In this document: positions 20,978 through 30,730 of the stretch, piece by piece | Layout of the letters: the number at the start of each line of letters is the position of its first letter | Position numbering within the stretch: position 1 is the first letter of the stretch | Assembly: GCA_963662275.1 (NCBI GenBank) | Contig: OY759316.1 | Coordinates: forward strand, 1,760,001 to 1,824,000 | Length of the DNA stretch: 64,000 nt | Source: Candidatus Cloacimonadales bacterium | GTDB taxonomy: Bacteria > Cloacimonadota > Cloacimonadia > Cloacimonadales > DAONDQ01 | Reading direction: 5' to 3' | Translations under genes and position numbers: made by a program | The notes under the pieces: model-generated | What the model was told of the DNA's origin: nothing | Seen by the model: the letters and a program-made list of their open reading frames with translations, nothing else | Database searches by the model: none

Positions 20978-22309
20978 ATGGAAAAAGGTATTCTCATAAA
21001 GAATGGGACGCTGATTACTTTAGGTATCCATAACAAGGTACTGCATGGTTATGCATTGCTCATAGTTGATGATAAGATAAAAAAGATTGCTCCTCAGGCT
21101 GAATTTCCTGATAAATACGAAAAAGAAATCGATGCTTGCGGTATGGTCGTTATGCCAGGCTTTATTAATGCCCATATGCATTTCTACAGCACTTTGGTAA
21201 GAGGACTAGGCAAAGCTCATCCTTCCCGTGATTTCGTAGAAGTTCTGGAAAATCTCTGGTGGAGGCTTGATCGGAAACTGGAACTGGAAGATACATATTA
21301 CAGTGCCTTGATCATGGCAATCCAGGCAATCAAGAATGGAACGACTACTCTGATTGATCATCATGCCAGTCCAGGTCACATTCCCTGTTCTTTAAATGAA
21401 ATTGAACGTGCTGTTAAACTGACGGGTTTAAGGGCTTCCTTATGCTATGAATTATCTGACCGTGATGGTGAAGATATTACAAAGCAGGGATTATCTGAAA
21501 ATGTCAGATTCATACAAAAGTGCCAGCATGAACCAAATGATCAATTCAAAGCTTTGTTTGGTTTGCATGCTTCTTTCACAATCAGTGATGAAACATTGGA
21601 TAGAGCGGTTGCCCTGGCAAAACATTATGACACTGGATTCCATGTTCATACTGCAGAAGCTGAATCAGATCAAATACATACAATGACTCACCATGGCAAA
21701 CGTGTGGTGGAAAGATTTTATGATCATGGCGTTCTTGGACCACAAACCATTGCAGCCCATTGTGTTCATGTGAACGAACATGAAATGGACTTACTGCATG
21801 AAACCAGCACAATAGTGGTACATAATCCACAATCCAATATGAATAATGCTGTCGGTATTGCGGATATCATTACCTTACAGGAAAAAGGTATTCTTGTGGG
21901 ATTGGGTACAGATGCTATGACTGTCAATATGCTGGAAGAAGTGAGAGTTGCCATGTGGGCTCAGCACCTGAAGCATAACAATCCGACATGCGGTTTCATG
22001 GAAGTAGTGAATACTCTCTTTACAAATAACTCGCTGATCGCAGAAAGATACTGGCAAAAACCAATCGGTGTGCTGAACGAAGGTGCATTGGCTGATATCG
22101 TATGTATTCCTTATTGTGCTCCTACACCATTGGATGACTCAACTGCTTATGGGCACCTGGTATTTGGTATTTCACAGAGTCCTGTTGATACAACCATCGC
22201 CGGTGGTAAAGTACTTATGCAGAATCGCAAGTTGAAAATAAATATTGATGAAACAGAAGTAAATGGTCGTTCTCGGGAAGTTGCTCAAAGACTTTGGAAT
22301 AGGTTCTAG
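20978..22309 (+). CDS. ssnA: SsnA-like amidohydrolase
   Basis: PGFINAHMHFYS, LENLWWRLD, IDHHASP, GLHASFT, HNPQSNMNNAVG. Confidence 0.9.
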   Translation: MEKGILIKNGTLITLGIHNKVLHGYALLIVDDKIKKIAPQAEFPDKYEKEIDACGMVVMPGFINAHMHFYSTLVRGLGKAHPSRDFVEVLENLWWRLDRKLELEDTYYSALIMAIQAIKNGTTTLIDHHASPGHIPCSLNEIERAVKLTGLRASLCYELSDRDGEDITKQGLSENVRFIQKCQHEPNDQFKALFGLHASFTISDETLDRAVALAKHYDTGFHVHTAEAESDQIHTMTHHGKRVVERFYDHGVLGPQTIAAHCVHVNEHEMDLLHETSTIVVHNPQSNMNNAVGIADIITLQEKGILVGLGTDAMTVNMLEEVRVAMWAQHLKHNNPTCGFMEVVNTLFTNNSLIAERYWQKPIGVLNEGALADIVCIPYCAPTPLDDSTAYGHLVFGISQSPVDTTIAGGKVLMQNRKLKINIDETEVNGRSREVAQRLWNRF

Positions 22310-22468
22310 TATTTAAAGTAATACATTATATAGTAATAGTAAATTTATTCCATAATTAGCATTCTCTTGTTTCCGAGTTTACAGAATACTCACATAAGTG
22401 ACTTTAAATATCAGGTAAAAAACAAGAATGTATGAAAAGAAAATGAACAAGCCTTGAAGTAAAAAAGT

Positions 22469-22511
22469 CTAGATGATCCCTAGATGATCCCTAGATGATT
22501 CCTAGATGATG
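22469..22511. repeat. 11-bp tandem repeat CTAGATGATCC x4
   Basis: Direct reading of the intergenic sequence. Confidence 0.85.
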
Positions 22512-22632
22512 CTTAGGTTATTTTATTGGTGGGTTTATTGTTGATTTAAATTCGCTGACTAGATCTTTATAGGTTAAATAACAAAATAATTCAGGAATGG
22601 CTATCAAAGCCTTTCCGTATGAAGAGGTGACA

Positions 22633-23841
22633 ATGAATACGTTATATGATGAAATTGCAAAGCGTTCACACGAATTGGAAGCTGATACAGCACAGTTCTT
22701 ATGTGATCTTGTGGCAACCCCATCCTTCTCTGGAACTGAGAAAGATGTGATTTTAGTGATCAAGAAGGAAATGGAGAAAGTGGGATTCGATGAAGTCCGT
22801 ATCGACGGACTTGGAAACGTGATCGGACGCATCGGTAAAGGACCCAAGGTCATTGCTTTTGATGCTCACATCGATACCGTTTATCCCGGTGATCTTTCCC
22901 AGTGGAAGTTTGACCCCTTCACACCGAAAATTGAAGATGGAAAGGTATGGGGAAGAGGTACCGTCGATCAGAAAGGCGGAATGGCTTCCATGGTCTATGC
23001 TGGCAAGATGATCAAAGAAATGAATTTGAATAATGAATATACCATCCTTTTCACAGGCACTGTGATGGAAGAAGATTGTGATGGTCTCTGTTGGCAGTAC
23101 CTGATCAATGAAGAACACATTCGCCCGGAACTGGTCGTAATCACAGAACCAACCAACATGAACATCTATCGCGGTCATCGTGGCCGTATGGAAATTCTTG
23201 TGGATATCCGTGGCGTATCATGTCATGGTTCTGCTCCTGAACGTGGAGACAATGCCATTTATAAGATTTCACGCATCGCCCTTGAAATCGAGAAGCTTCA
23301 TGAAAGACTGCATACCGATCCCTTCCTTGGAAAAGGCAGTGTAACAGTATCCCAGGTCTTCTTCACTTCTCCCTCCCAATGTGCTGTTCCTGACCAGGCA
23401 AGCATCCAGTTAGACAGACGTCTCACCTGGGGTGAAACCCGTGAATCTGCTGTGGCGGAAGTGCAGGATGCTGCTCTCCGCGCAGGTTATCCGGATGCAA
23501 AAGTCATTGTTCTTCGTTATGAGGAAAAAGCATATACCGGACTTGTCTATCCTACAGATAAATACTACCCCACCTGGGTATTGGACGAAAAGTCTCCATT
23601 CCTGGCAAATGCAGTCGATGCTTTTGAAGGTGTGTTGAGCAGGAAGCCTCTCGTTGATAAATGGCATTTCAGCACTAATGGTGTGGCAATTGCAGGTATG
23701 AACGGGATTCCATGTATCGGTCTTGGACCCGGTAATGAAGTGTATGCCCACGCTGTGGATGAAGCGACTCCTGTGGCTCATCTTCGTGAAGCTGCTGCGT
23801 TCTATGCTGCTTTCATTGCTCATCTGAATGGGAAGTGTTAA
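22633..23841 (+). CDS. ygeY: YgeY-family M20 hydrolase
   Basis: DAHIDTV, GRGTVDQKGG, EEDCDGLCW, GHRGRMEI, FSTNGV; ATG after GAGGTG. Confidence 0.9.
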   Translation: MNTLYDEIAKRSHELEADTAQFLCDLVATPSFSGTEKDVILVIKKEMEKVGFDEVRIDGLGNVIGRIGKGPKVIAFDAHIDTVYPGDLSQWKFDPFTPKIEDGKVWGRGTVDQKGGMASMVYAGKMIKEMNLNNEYTILFTGTVMEEDCDGLCWQYLINEEHIRPELVVITEPTNMNIYRGHRGRMEILVDIRGVSCHGSAPERGDNAIYKISRIALEIEKLHERLHTDPFLGKGSVTVSQVFFTSPSQCAVPDQASIQLDRRLTWGETRESAVAEVQDAALRAGYPDAKVIVLRYEEKAYTGLVYPTDKYYPTWVLDEKSPFLANAVDAFEGVLSRKPLVDKWHFSTNGVAIAGMNGIPCIGLGPGNEVYAHAVDEATPVAHLREAAAFYAAFIAHLNGKC

Positions 23842-25055
23842 GTTCCATGTACGATTTTATATATAAATGCACAACATGCGGTAAAGAATATAAACGGGAC
23901 GAAGAACGTTATCTCTGTCCAGTTTGCAGCGCTGATTACGCTCCCGGTATGCCTCTCAAAGGCGTACTGGAAGTTGTACTGGATTATGAAAGGATCAAGA
24001 GCAGTTTCACTCTAGTCAGACCCGACTGGGAGATGTTCTCAGCCATCGAATCCCGGTATTATCCGAAGTATGCCGTTGGGGGAACTCCATTCTTCCAGAC
24101 AAAGCGCATTGGTGAAGAGTATGGCTTTTCCAATATTTGGCTTAAGAATGATGGCTTGAATCCAAGCGGTTCACTGAAAGACAGGGCTTCCTTCTTTTTA
24201 GTTGCAGAAGCCAATCGTTTGAATGAGAACCGAATTGTTACAGCCTCCACAGGGAATGCTGCAAGTGCTTTAGCTGCCGTTTGTGCTGCAGCCGGCAAGG
24301 AAGCTCTTATTTTCTGTCCGGCAAAAGCACCCAAAGCAAAGCTAGTTCAGATGATTCTCTACGGTGCGCGAGTGATTCCTGTCGATGGCACGTATGATGA
24401 TGCCATTGCTCTTTCCCTGGAATATACGAAGACAAAGCCTGGCTTAAACAGAAACACTGGCTATCATCCTCTCACGATAGAAGGGAAGAAGACTGTCGGT
24501 TTGGAAATATTCGTTCAGAATGGCATGAAAGTACCGGATGCGATCCTCGTTGCTACAGGTGACGGTGTAATCCTGAGTGGAATGTACAAAGCATTCTACG
24601 ATTTGAAGGAAGCGGGTATTATCGATCGTCTGCCTCGTTTGATCGCTGTGCAGGCAAGTACTTCTAATTCCATATCAAAGTATTGGGAGACAGGCGTTTA
24701 TGCGGATGCTTCCAGTCCTGCAACGATTGCAGATTCCATATCTGTCAGGACACCCAGTTGTGCTCATCTTGCAAAGAGAGCATTGGATATGAGTGAGGGT
24801 TTTGCTGTTGAAGTGACCGATGAAGAGATTATGGAAGCACAGGCTTTGTTGGCTTCCCGTACAGGTATCTTTGCTGAACCGGCTGCTGCAGCAACTATGG
24901 CTGGATTAACCAGAATCATGAAAGAGAATCTTGCCGACCCGAATGCCCAGATCGTACTGCTTGTTTCGGGTAATGGCTTGAAAGATATTGAAGCTCCACT
25001 GAAATCCATTGAAATTCCTAAACCATATCCCCTGGATATCAGTTTAATAGATTGA
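23835..25055 (+). CDS. Threonine synthase-like PLP fold-type II enzyme
   Basis: N-terminal CxxC..CxxC; NPSGSLKDR, ASTGNA, EGKKT, EPAAAA, SGNGLK. Confidence 0.8.
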   Translation: MLSSMYDFIYKCTTCGKEYKRDEERYLCPVCSADYAPGMPLKGVLEVVLDYERIKSSFTLVRPDWEMFSAIESRYYPKYAVGGTPFFQTKRIGEEYGFSNIWLKNDGLNPSGSLKDRASFFLVAEANRLNENRIVTASTGNAASALAAVCAAAGKEALIFCPAKAPKAKLVQMILYGARVIPVDGTYDDAIALSLEYTKTKPGLNRNTGYHPLTIEGKKTVGLEIFVQNGMKVPDAILVATGDGVILSGMYKAFYDLKEAGIIDRLPRLIAVQASTSNSISKYWETGVYADASSPATIADSISVRTPSCAHLAKRALDMSEGFAVEVTDEEIMEAQALLASRTGIFAEPAAAATMAGLTRIMKENLADPNAQIVLLVSGNGLKDIEAPLKSIEIPKPYPLDISLID

Positions 25056-25065
25056 GGGAAGGCAG

Positions 25066-26427
25066 ATGTTATTAATTCGGAATGGTGTCGTAAATCTCAA
25101 CCAGGAGTGGCATAAAGTAGATTTATTGATTGCTGAAGGTAAGATTGTCAGAATCGGTCATACACTTCAAAGAGCTCATCATATGGATGAAATAGATGCG
25201 CAAAACAAATTTATTATTCCCGGCTTGATCGATATGCATGTACACGTGGATGATCAAATAGGAAATTACTATTTAGCAGATACTTATAGGTCAGGAACGG
25301 AAGTTGCCATCCAGAACGGTATCACATCCTTCTTCACTTTCATTACGCAAAAGGAAGATGAATCAAACTCTGATGCGATTAATAGAGCTATGAGAAAGAC
25401 AGACGGTAATCTCTTTTGTAACGTGGGTTTTCATTTCACAATGAAATCCTTAGCATCGATGGTCGAGTTTCATAAAAATCCCAAAGACGGTTATGCCTGT
25501 CGTTCCATCAAACTCTATACAACCTACAAAAAAGCAGGTATTTATACTTCTTATAAGCAGATGGAAGAATACTTCCGCTATTTTTCAGGCAGGCAGGTTA
25601 TTTTTCTTATCCATTGTGAAGATGAAGCTGTGCTAGAAGCCATTTCCTCTGATTTCGCACTTCGCACTTCGCACTTCGAACTTCTTGATAATGCCTTCAG
25701 CCACACTCTTCTTCGTCCACCAGCAGCAGAAGTGGAAGCGATTAAAAAAGTAATCGATTTAGCAAGAAAATATGATGTACGAATTCATATTGTGCATGTT
25801 TCCACAGCAGAAGGTATTGCCCTGATCGAAAAAGCTCGCAGTAGCATCAAACTCACTTGTGAAACTGCTCCACATTATCTGTGTCTAAATGATGAGTTAC
25901 TTTCTGAACCAGAGGGTAATCGATGGTTGTGTTCACCTCCATTACGTAGTGAACAAACTCGCAAAGACATGCGTCATTTGGCTGAAAAAGGCAAGATAGA
26001 TGCTTTTGCAACGGATCATTGTGCTTTTTCCACACATGACAAGGATGAGAACAAAGATGACATCCGGAATGTACCCAATGGTATTGCCGGTCTTGGCTCT
26101 CTTCCACATCACATCTACCAGATGAATGAAAAAGATCCTAAGGAATCCTTACTGTTCATGAGTCGCCATCTATCCAAGAACCCAGCCAAAATACTGGGTA
26201 TCTTCCCGCATAAAGGCATTATCACTCAAAATGCGGATGCTGACATTTGCATTGTTGATGTACATGGGAAATCAAGGAATGTACAGTCAAGTTTATCAGA
26301 TACTTATGAACCATATCCTAAAGTAAAGTCTCAATTACATTTTAGCCACGTTATCCTGAAAGGACACCCGGTAGTGAAAGATGGTAAAGTAATAGATATG
26401 AACAACCCGAAAGGGGAATTATTATGA
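25066..26427 (+). CDS. Dihydropyrimidinase/hydantoinase (HyuA-like)
   Basis: PGLIDMHVH, HCED, HIVHVS, ETAPHYL, SPPLR, TDHC. Confidence 0.85.
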   Translation: MLLIRNGVVNLNQEWHKVDLLIAEGKIVRIGHTLQRAHHMDEIDAQNKFIIPGLIDMHVHVDDQIGNYYLADTYRSGTEVAIQNGITSFFTFITQKEDESNSDAINRAMRKTDGNLFCNVGFHFTMKSLASMVEFHKNPKDGYACRSIKLYTTYKKAGIYTSYKQMEEYFRYFSGRQVIFLIHCEDEAVLEAISSDFALRTSHFELLDNAFSHTLLRPPAAEVEAIKKVIDLARKYDVRIHIVHVSTAEGIALIEKARSSIKLTCETAPHYLCLNDELLSEPEGNRWLCSPPLRSEQTRKDMRHLAEKGKIDAFATDHCAFSTHDKDENKDDIRNVPNGIAGLGSLPHHIYQMNEKDPKESLLFMSRHLSKNPAKILGIFPHKGIITQNADADICIVDVHGKSRNVQSSLSDTYEPYPKVKSQLHFSHVILKGHPVVKDGKVIDMNNPKGELL

Positions 26428-28670
26428 CAATCTCCAAAGAAAAAGCCTGGCGTAATGACGCTTTTGCTAAAGTCACCGGTGCTGCCAAATACGCAGATGA
26501 CATCAAAGTGCCGAATCTGCTTCATGCTGTGCCTGTGTACTCCGATTACGTACATGCCAATATTACTAAAATACATACGGATGAAGCCAAAGCAATGCCC
26601 GGTGTGGTATGTGTTATCACATTTGAAGATGTCCCTGGAAAGATCTGCTTCGGTCAGATCGAAAAAGACTACCACATGCTTGCTGATGACAAGATTCGCT
26701 ATAACGGTGATGTCATTGCAATTATAGTGGCAGAGACACGTACCCAGGCGATTGAAGCTTCTAAGCTGGTTACGCTGGATGCAGAACCGCTTCCACTCAT
26801 TCTCGATCCCGAGGAAGCACTCAAGCCGGGTTCACCTCTAGTTCATGAAGAAAGGGGAAACAACCTGATCAATGAACATAGGGTTAGAACAGGAAATGTA
26901 GAGAAAGGTTTTGAGGAATCAGACTATATCCTTGAATATGATTTTAAGACCCCCTATATAGAACATGCCTATCTTGAACCGGAATCAGCAGTCTGTATAC
27001 CAAGAGCAGATGGTGTGATCGAGGTTTACGGAAGTATGCAGCATCCCTTTAGTACGAGACGCTTTACAGCAACCATCCTTGGTGAACCGCTTACCAATGT
27101 GGAAGTGATTACTATCCCCATGGGCGGAGGTTTCGGAGGAAAGGATGACACAGCAGCCCTCGTTTGCGCAAGAGCTGCCCTGGCTGCAAGACTGACTGGC
27201 AGACCAGTCAAGATGACCTATGACCGTGAATGGTCAGTCCGTGAAAGCTACAAACGCCATCCTTACAAAGTACATTATAAGATGGGAATCACAAAAGATG
27301 GATACATCCATGCAGTCAAATGCCGCATCGTAGCTGATGGCGGACCTTACTGCTCAGTGACTCCCTGGGTGACCTGGCGTTCCACTGTGCAATGCTGTGG
27401 ACCGTATATGGTTCCAAATGTTCATTGTGATACTTACGGTGTTTACACGAATAACGTCTTTACCGGTGCTATGCGTGGCTTTGGCTCGCCGCAGATGAAC
27501 TTCATTATTGAACAATTGGTGGAAATGGCTGCTGAGAAGCTGGGCATGAATGCTATTGATTTCCGTAGAAAGAATATGATCAAACAGGATAGTGTGACCA
27601 TAACAGGGCAGTGCCTGGATACGCATAAGGTTAGCTTGGACGAAGCTTTACAATCCGTACTTAAAGAAATAGATTATAATGAAAAATATAAACTTTGCAG
27701 TCATGGCAAGGATACAGAAGAACAATACGGCATCGGACTGGCAATTAGCTATCGTGGTATGAGTCTCGGTGCAGAAGGAAAAGATTTCTGTGCAGCCATT
27801 ATCAATATGCAATTCGATGGAAGTATCCTGCTGGAAGTGGGAGTGCATGAGAATGGACAGGGTTCTGAATCTGCCATGATTATGATCCTTGCCGAGGAAC
27901 TGGGTGTACCTATCGACCGTATCCGTTACCGTCGTAATTCCACACATAATATTCCTGACAGCGGTACGACCGTTGCTTCCCGTGGTACGATCATGGGTGG
28001 CGGGGCAGTTGTAAAAGCTGCCAATATCCTAAAGGAAAAGATAGCGGAAGTGATTGTCGAAGATAAGGATGCAGAAATAGAATATAAAAATGATAGAGTT
28101 TATGCAGGTTCAAAAGAATATACCTGGCTGGAAGTGATGCAGAAGATGTATTTAAAACAGCAGTTTCCATACGCTTTTGGAGTGTTTCAGGCACCGAAGG
28201 TTTCCTGGGATGAAGAGACGGGGCAAGGTAATGCCTACTTCACGTGGGTCTATGCCTGCCAGGCTGTGGAGTTGAAAGTTAACAAGAAAACAGGCAAAGT
28301 AACCATATTAAATGCTGTAGCTGCTCATGAAGTGGGCAAAGCCGTCAACAGGGCTATGGTGGAAGGTCAGTTCTATGGCGGTATGGTCATGGGTATGGGC
28401 TATGGCTTGTTTGAGAATTTCGTACAGGAAGATGGAAAGATTAAAACTTTGAACTTCCATCAATATAGAATAGCAAGAAGCATGGATGTCCCGGAAATGA
28501 CTGCTATAATCATTGAAAACCGCGATCCTTTATCACCTTCGGGTGCAAAAGGTATCGGAGAGCCTGTGAATGAAATAATGGCTCCAGCCATAGCAAATGC
28601 GATTTATAACGCAACCGGTAAGAGGTTCCTACAGAATCCGATTGTCCTGCAAGGGGAGGTGGTTTCATGA
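26424..28670 (+). CDS. Second xanthine dehydrogenase-family Mo-hydroxylase large subunit
   Basis: EHAYLEPE, GGGFGGKDD, AMRGFGSPQ, TVASRG, AKGIGEP. Confidence 0.9.
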   Translation: MTISKEKAWRNDAFAKVTGAAKYADDIKVPNLLHAVPVYSDYVHANITKIHTDEAKAMPGVVCVITFEDVPGKICFGQIEKDYHMLADDKIRYNGDVIAIIVAETRTQAIEASKLVTLDAEPLPLILDPEEALKPGSPLVHEERGNNLINEHRVRTGNVEKGFEESDYILEYDFKTPYIEHAYLEPESAVCIPRADGVIEVYGSMQHPFSTRRFTATILGEPLTNVEVITIPMGGGFGGKDDTAALVCARAALAARLTGRPVKMTYDREWSVRESYKRHPYKVHYKMGITKDGYIHAVKCRIVADGGPYCSVTPWVTWRSTVQCCGPYMVPNVHCDTYGVYTNNVFTGAMRGFGSPQMNFIIEQLVEMAAEKLGMNAIDFRRKNMIKQDSVTITGQCLDTHKVSLDEALQSVLKEIDYNEKYKLCSHGKDTEEQYGIGLAISYRGMSLGAEGKDFCAAIINMQFDGSILLEVGVHENGQGSESAMIMILAEELGVPIDRIRYRRNSTHNIPDSGTTVASRGTIMGGGAVVKAANILKEKIAEVIVEDKDAEIEYKNDRVYAGSKEYTWLEVMQKMYLKQQFPYAFGVFQAPKVSWDEETGQGNAYFTWVYACQAVELKVNKKTGKVTILNAVAAHEVGKAVNRAMVEGQFYGGMVMGMGYGLFENFVQEDGKIKTLNFHQYRIARSMDVPEMTAIIIENRDPLSPSGAKGIGEPVNEIMAPAIANAIYNATGKRFLQNPIVLQGEVVS

Positions 28671-29140
28671 AGATCACAGTGAATGGAATCACACACGAGC
28701 TTTTGAATGAGCATCTGGCTTTAACTTTGATAGATTATCTTCGTGAAGTGCTTGATCTTACAGGTACAAAGAACGGCTGTAGCATCGGTGTCTGTGGAGC
28801 ATGTACCGTCCTATCCGATATGAAAGTGATCAAATCCTGCAAAAAGACCGTCCTGGAATGCGTTGACGCCAATATCTTGACAATAGAAGGCATGCAAAGT
28901 TCTGATGGTCAGTTGCATCCTCTGCAGCAGTCTTTCATGGATGCAGGGGCGATTCAATGCGGATTCTGCACACCGGGCATGGTACTTACAGCCCATGCAT
29001 TCCTGTCTGTCAATCCGAATCCCACACGAGTGCAGATCAGGAAGGCGATCAATGCCAACCTTTGTCGCTGCACAGGGTATCAGCAGATTATAGATGCGAT
29101 TTATAATGCCCAGGAGCATTATAAATCAATTAAAAAGTAA
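28667..29140 (+). CDS. [2Fe-2S] small subunit of a Mo-hydroxylase
   Basis: GTKNGCSIGVCGACT, QCGFCTPG, NLCRCTGY. Confidence 0.9.
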   Translation: MKITVNGITHELLNEHLALTLIDYLREVLDLTGTKNGCSIGVCGACTVLSDMKVIKSCKKTVLECVDANILTIEGMQSSDGQLHPLQQSFMDAGAIQCGFCTPGMVLTAHAFLSVNPNPTRVQIRKAINANLCRCTGYQQIIDAIYNAQEHYKSIKK

Positions 29141-29168
29141 AAGTTAAAAATTAAAAATTGCAGAGAAG

Positions 29169-29427
29169 ACCGGTAGTGGTATCCTTCAGGTTACCGATAA
29201 ACAAGCGCAAGCTAAAGACAGCGCCTACCGACCGGTAGTGGTATCCTTCAGGTTATCGTATACGCGCAAGCTAAAGACAGCGCCTACCGACCGGTAGTGG
29301 TATCCTTCAGGTTACCGATAAACAAGCGCAAGCTGAAGACAGCGCCTACCGACCGGTAGTGGTATCCTTCAGGTTACCGATAAACAAGCGCAAGCTAAAG
29401 ACAGCGCCTACCGACCGGTAATGGTAT
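29169..29427. repeat. Tandem array of REP-doublet unit (4 full copies of 59-62 bp plus a partial copy)
   Basis: Unit starts at 29169, 29231, 29290, 29352, 29414. Confidence 0.9.
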
Positions 29428-29428
29428 T

Positions 29429-29500
29429 GTAGGGATAGACCCATGTGTCTATCCAAAAAAAAAAAGTTCACAGAGGATAAACACGCGGGTTTATTCCTAC
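29429..29500. repeat. Inverted pair of family A REP-like palindromes
   Basis: GTAGGGATAGACCCATGTGTCTATCC ... GGATAAACACGCGGGTTTATTCCTAC. Confidence 0.8.
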
Positions 29501-29519
29501 TTTAATACGAGGAGATACT

Positions 29520-30716
29520 ATGAATCCATTATTAGAAAAGAACTGGGAAGAGCTGCAACGCCTTATGCCGCAACTCTATAACAAAGACTTCTTACTTACC
29601 TGGGAAAACAATGATGACAATATCAAATCAGTTCTATTAATTGCTGAAATGATGAAAGAATTACATAGAACCGGTAAATCACTCAAATCGTTCAAGTCCG
29701 GCTTGGGCATTGCGATCTTCAGGGACAATTCAACCCGTACCCGCTTCAGCTTCGCTTCCGCTGTGAATGCACTCGGTCTTGGCTTATCCGAATTGGATGA
29801 AGTCAAATCCCAGGTGGCTCATGGTGAAACGGTTCGTGAGACTGCCAACATGATCTCTTTCCTCACAGAAACCATCGGTATCCGTGATGATATGTACATC
29901 GGGGAAGGTCATCGCTATATGAAAGAAGTCAGTGATGCCATTGAAGACGGTTACAAGGAAGGAACACTTCCCCAGCGCACCAGCATCATCAACCTGCAAT
30001 GCGACATCGACCATCCCACGCAGACGATGGCTGATTTATTGAAACTCAAGCATTACTTCGGTTCCCTTGAAAACCTGAAAGGCAAGAAGATAGCCATGTC
30101 ATGGGCATATTCACCCAGCTACGGCAAACCTCTTTCCGTACCGCAGGGAATCATTGGTCTTATGACCCGTATGGGCATGGACGTTTCCCTCGCTTATCCT
30201 GAAGGCTATGGTTTATTACCGGAAGTCATTGATATAGCGAAGAAACAATCAGCAGCGATGGGTGGAAAATTCGAGATTACAAACTCCATGGAAGAAGCAT
30301 TCGATGGGGCAGATGTGGTCTATCCAAAATCCTGGGCTCCTTTCCATGTGATGGTCAACCGTACTGAACTCCTCCAGAAAGGCGATAAGGAAGGTTTGAA
30401 AGGACTGGAACAGGATTGTTTGAAGAACAATGCAAAGTTCACGAATTGGGAATGCGATGCCGAGAAGATGAAGAGAACCAAGGACGGAAAGGCTCTCTAT
30501 ATGCACTGTCTGCCGGCTGATATAACGGATGTGAGCTGCAAGCAGGGTGAAGTTTCCAAGGAAGTCTTTGAGAAATATCGCCTGGAAACCTATCATGAAG
30601 CAAGCTTCAAACCGTTTGTCATTGCTTCCATGATTTTCCTCACCCGTATGCCCGACCCGATGAAGGCAATGCAAAAGCTTCTGACAGATTCAAAAAACAG
30701 AAATATGAATATTTAA
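29520..30716 (+). CDS. ygeW: Knotted carbamoyltransferase YgeW
   Basis: FRDNSTRTRFSF, HGETVRETA, NLQCDIDHPTQ, WAYSPSYGKPLSVPQG, YMHCLPAD. Confidence 0.95.
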   Translation: MNPLLEKNWEELQRLMPQLYNKDFLLTWENNDDNIKSVLLIAEMMKELHRTGKSLKSFKSGLGIAIFRDNSTRTRFSFASAVNALGLGLSELDEVKSQVAHGETVRETANMISFLTETIGIRDDMYIGEGHRYMKEVSDAIEDGYKEGTLPQRTSIINLQCDIDHPTQTMADLLKLKHYFGSLENLKGKKIAMSWAYSPSYGKPLSVPQGIIGLMTRMGMDVSLAYPEGYGLLPEVIDIAKKQSAAMGGKFEITNSMEEAFDGADVVYPKSWAPFHVMVNRTELLQKGDKEGLKGLEQDCLKNNAKFTNWECDAEKMKRTKDGKALYMHCLPADITDVSCKQGEVSKEVFEKYRLETYHEASFKPFVIASMIFLTRMPDPMKAMQKLLTDSKNRNMNI

Positions 30717-30730
30717 TCATTGGAGAATAC

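Noticed and set aside
23835..25055. Gene symbol thrC
   Set aside because: No hom/thrB nearby, and the catabolic context makes the specific function doubtful
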